Shown here piece by piece: positions 35,026 through 38,064 of a stretch of DNA of 38,064 nucleotides; position 1 is the stretch's first letter, and each line of letters opens with the position of its first letter. A program made the translations under genes and the position numbers. The DNA is taken from positions 1 through 38,064 of IMG/VR virus record IMGVR_UViG_3300038829_000037. One strand, given 5' to 3'. Origin of the DNA: a virus (lineage: Duplodnaviria > Caudoviricetes). The notes beneath the pieces were generated by a model. The model saw nothing but the letters and a program-made list of their open reading frames with translations, was not told the origin of the DNA and did no database searches.

Positions 35026-36308
35026 AGGTAGCATTTCAAGTCCACGAATCGCATATCCCTTTATGGGAGAATAAAGACTGGCGATATGCTGTTATTTGTG
35101 GTGGGCGCGGTAATGGGCGGTCCGGCACAGCTTCTCGTTATGCTGTTTCCCAACTTCTTTCAAAAGAATATACCCGTGGTGCGATAATGCGTGCCACTAG
35201 AGAAGACATACGCGCTTCTTGTTGGGGTGAAATCATGGATAGATTGAGAGAGCAAGGTATCGAAGAGCAGTTCAGGATTGCGGACAATGACATGTTTATC
35301 GAGAGAGGAGAAAATAGTCTCCGCGCTCATGGTTTCAGAGCATCAAGCGGCTCACTCACGGCCCGTCTCAAATCCTTGGCTGGGTATAACTTCATTTGGA
35401 TAGAAGAAGCGGAAGAAATTGGAGAGAATGAGTTTAGGACGCTTGACGACACGCTGCGTACTGTTAAAGGGCGTATACGGATTATATTCTCACTCAACAC
35501 GCCACCTAAGAATCATTGGATATTGAAGAAGTGGTTTAACCTTACTCCTAGCACAGAAGCTCCTGGGTTTTTTATTCCAAGTCTAAAATCCGAAGCAACT
35601 GATACGATTTTCATTGGTGGAACATTCAAGGAGAATGAGGTAAATTTGGACAAGCATACGATAGACCGATACGAAGCGTATAAATTCTTAAATCCGTCAT
35701 ATTACTGGCAAGTCATTCGTGGATTGTCACCGGAAGAGGTGCGAGGGAAAATATACAATGGGTGGCAGATTATTGACTCAATTCCACAAGGAGCGCGATT
35801 GGTTAAATTTGGGTTGGATTGGGGGTGGTATCCCGATCCTGTTTCTGTCGTCGCTGTATATTACTGGAATGGCTCTTATATCATTGATGAGGTTATACAC
35901 GGAACGAATCTAGACGACGAGTTCGTTGCCAACGAGATAAAGAAAACAAAAGGTTGGGAGACGGTTTATGTAGTCTGCGGAGCTGACGAACCAAAAAGCA
36001 TCGAGATGCTTAGAAAATATAGGATTAGAGCTGAAGCGACCGACAATAGAAAGGGAAGTGTGAGCTACCGGATAAAGACTACTTCGACTAAGAAGATTCT
36101 AGTAACGAGACACAGCACAAACGTATGGGCAGGATATGAGGTTTACAGGTGGGCAGAGGACAAAGACGGCAATCCTAAAGGCGAGCCGGAACATGAAGGG
36201 AGCGACTCAATGGATGCGCTGTCTTATGCTGTTGCCTCAATGCACAATAAACAGCATGATATAATTGCTCAAAATAAACCGAGAGAGCGTGTTAATGTTG
36301 GAGTATGA
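35022..36308 (+). CDS. terL: Terminase large subunit (PBSX-like)
   Basis: GGRGNGRS Walker A, WIEEAEE Walker B, GLDWG nuclease Asp, D.MDAL.YA. Confidence 0.92.
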   Translation: MKVAFQVHESHIPLWENKDWRYAVICGGRGNGRSGTASRYAVSQLLSKEYTRGAIMRATREDIRASCWGEIMDRLREQGIEEQFRIADNDMFIERGENSLRAHGFRASSGSLTARLKSLAGYNFIWIEEAEEIGENEFRTLDDTLRTVKGRIRIIFSLNTPPKNHWILKKWFNLTPSTEAPGFFIPSLKSEATDTIFIGGTFKENEVNLDKHTIDRYEAYKFLNPSYYWQVIRGLSPEEVRGKIYNGWQIIDSIPQGARLVKFGLDWGWYPDPVSVVAVYYWNGSYIIDEVIHGTNLDDEFVANEIKKTKGWETVYVVCGADEPKSIEMLRKYRIRAEATDNRKGSVSYRIKTTSTKKILVTRHSTNVWAGYEVYRWAEDKDGNPKGEPEHEGSDSMDALSYAVASMHNKQHDIIAQNKPRERVNVGV

Positions 36309-36444
36309 ATTGGGACTTAATACCTCGTAGAGAATGGCCGAACATGAATGAAATACGAACTATCTGTCCTCGTGCGGAGATGATTCAGACGTCTTTTGGC
36401 GCAGAGCTAAGGCTTAACAACGGAACAGGCATTATTTACTTCCT

Positions 36445-36858
36445 ATGAAAATCCTCATTGAGCAACCGCCTAATATCGAAGACATTAGAAAAGTGTTTAC
36501 TATAAACGACACCACCGTCTTCACATACAAAGACACCATCTACAATCCTCACAACTGCCCGATAGATATTCCTATCATGGCACATGAGGAAGTGCACAGT
36601 CGACAACAAGGTGAAGACCCTGAAGGTTGGTGGAAGAAGTATCTTGAAGATCCTGTATTCAGAATCGAGCAGGAAGCAGTAGCGTATTCTATGCAGTATT
36701 GGATGCAATGCCAATTCATCAAGAACAGAGACACCCGTGCACTTAACTTGCAAAGACTCGCAGAGACACTAGCAGGGGACATGTATGGTAAAATGATGAC
36801 GGTAGAAGAAGCTAAAAAATGGATTCTATGGAAGAAACCGAAAACAAAGAAGAAGTAA
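36445..36858 (+). CDS. HEXXH zinc-metallopeptidase-like protein
   Basis: AHEEVH..Q followed by E.EA.AY. Confidence 0.65.
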   Translation: MKILIEQPPNIEDIRKVFTINDTTVFTYKDTIYNPHNCPIDIPIMAHEEVHSRQQGEDPEGWWKKYLEDPVFRIEQEAVAYSMQYWMQCQFIKNRDTRALNLQRLAETLAGDMYGKMMTVEEAKKWILWKKPKTKKK

Positions 36859-36988
36859 ACCTGGTATTTGGAACAACACCAGCTCCGCGCGTGGGGAGTA
36901 TTATTATTCCACAGTGTTGCGTAGAAGGAAGAGATGATTGCAAGCATGTCTCTCAGAAAGAGAGGAAGGTGAAAACTAACATAGGCTT

Positions 36989-37240
36989 ATGAGGAAATAT
37001 CTGATCCCACATCCTACTGACAGAATGTTTCACTACGGGAGAGCTTTCATCGTTAGTAAATTGTACTCTACATTTGACGGGAGTTACGGGCAGATAATTT
37101 CAAAAAGAGAGGTATGTGATGATTGTGAAGGCGGTGAACATTTTGTTGTGCAGATAAATAGTGGGGAGAATAATAGGTGCATTACCTGTATCTCACCCAA
37201 AAACATGATGCTTTTATCGTTTCATGGCATGGCAATATGA
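36989..37240 (+). CDS. Cys-rich hypothetical protein
   Basis: CDDC..CITC; ATGA overlap. Confidence 0.5.
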   Translation: MRKYLIPHPTDRMFHYGRAFIVSKLYSTFDGSYGQIISKREVCDDCEGGEHFVVQINSGENNRCITCISPKNMMLLSFHGMAI

Positions 37241-37557
37241 AAGAACAAGAAGATAAACCCAAACTGGAGGATATCAAAAAGGCTGTCGCTACTCCGAAGC
37301 CCAACATTCTTACTGGACTACCAGCGTACCTAAAAGACCCTGGAGTATATAAAAAGATACAGAAAGCATCATACGAGATATTGGGAAGTATTTGCGGGCA
37401 TAGTGAAATGTCTGAATGGGCAATGTGCGTGAAATGTCAAAAGAAAGGTAAAGATCACGCAGACTATCTTCGCAAGCTGGGGTTTACCAGTCCTGCTCAA
37501 TACTACGCATGGAAACTTGTTCATGCGAAAATAGAACGAAGGGTGAAATTAAGATAG
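37237..37557 (+). CDS. Hypothetical protein
   Basis: C.H..CVKC, LGF.S.AQY..WK. Confidence 0.6.
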   Translation: MKEQEDKPKLEDIKKAVATPKPNILTGLPAYLKDPGVYKKIQKASYEILGSICGHSEMSEWAMCVKCQKKGKDHADYLRKLGFTSPAQYYAWKLVHAKIERRVKLR

Positions 37558-37558
37558 G

Positions 37559-37596
37559 TGTGGATAAACTGATTTGACAAAAAATTGTGGTATAAT
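37559..37596 (+). promoter_or_regulatory. Promoter with perfect DnaA box
   Basis: TGTGGATAA 37559-37567, TTGACA 37574-37579, TGgTATAAT 37588-37596. Confidence 0.65.
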
Positions 37597-37603
37597 TTCA
37601 AAA

Positions 37604-37825
37604 ATGAACACACATAACTGTATTAAATGCGGTGCACAGTATGAAGATTCCGAGGTAGATAATTATTATTGTGCAACGTGCCTAGTTGAAAAGAAAAGAA
37701 TCGCAGCTGAAGTGGACGCGAAATTAGCTGGTAGACCTCGGAAGCAAGTCGTTAGTCGTTTTTCCGCGAAGGACTTCAAAGGAAAGAATGGACGTATTTT
37801 CTTTAATGCCAACGATATTTTATGA
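37604..37825 (+). CDS. Zinc-finger small protein
   Basis: CIKCG..YCATC. Confidence 0.6.
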   Translation: MNTHNCIKCGAQYEDSEVDNYYCATCLVEKKRIAAEVDAKLAGRPRKQVVSRFSAKDFKGKNGRIFFNANDIL

Positions 37826-38064
37826 AAAAAACTATTAAGAAGATAGTCAAAAAGTCAGCAGATAAGCCACAGTTTACAGCCATTGCTACAGTAATGGGAA
37901 AGAAGTACGCAGCGGAAGGGACGACAGTATCCGAGGCAATTTCAAAACTAGATGTGGGAAACTGCAAAGGAAAGTGCATACTCTCGGTAAGCAACGGAAA
38001 GATGACAAGAGAACGAGTGTTGATGCCTAACACTGCATTTCGTTTGTTTAGCAAGTCAAGGATC
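37822..38064 (+). CDS. Hypothetical protein spanning the circular junction (continues to TGA at 170-172; 95 aa)
   Basis: [30 protein letters not shown] reads without a stop through the join. Confidence 0.75.
   Translation, partial: MKKTIKKIVKKSADKPQFTAIATVMGKKYAAEGTTVSEAISKLDVGNCKGKCILSVSNGKMTRERVLMPNTAFRLFSKSRI
37938..38063. repeat. Terminal direct repeat (right copy)
   Basis: Identical to 1-126. Confidence 0.95.

Noticed and set aside
37938-38064. Terminal repeat as a biological DTR
   Set aside because: The 126-127 nt length is typical of assembler k-mer overlap and it falls mid-gene; the last-base mismatch is probably a contig-end artefact
1-38064. Stop-codon reassignment (TGA=Gly or TAG=Gln)
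   Set aside because: Long genes are intact in code 11, and TGA/TAG stops coincide with downstream starts or gene ends

Overview
The window looks like a complete, circularly permuted ~37.9 kb dsDNA phage genome. Bases 1-126 repeat at 37938-38063, and one ORF reads through the join. It has a podovirus-like layout: TerS/TerL, portal, scaffold, P22-like coat, adaptor, nozzle, ejection-like proteins, fibre, a lysis cassette, a leftward early/recombination arm, a split two-frame C5 DNA methyltransferase, four HNH genes, a NinG-like gene and a PD-(D/E)XK nuclease. TATST/GIGTTTP-rich secreted-type proteins and AT-rich, SD-less starts suggest a Patescibacteria (CPR/Parcubacteria) host; this is inference. 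I could not recognise an integrase, CI repressor, replication initiator, helicase, polymerase, tRNA or CRISPR array. The strongest unexplained signals are: (1) the coat ORF extends ~27 codons upstream of its first ATG with no ATG/GTG/TTG and abuts a ~100-nt pseudoknotted RNA, a possible IRES-like or bypass element; (2) a self-contained island with a structured leader, a boxA motif and four SD-led microgenes in an otherwise largely SD-less genome; (3) DnaA-box motifs at fixed distances from -10 boxes; (4) an HNH gene bracketed by structured RNA, with downstream sequence complementary to its own start codon; (5) signal peptides or membrane anchors on several morphogenesis-region proteins. All folds and family calls were made by eye, without database searches.
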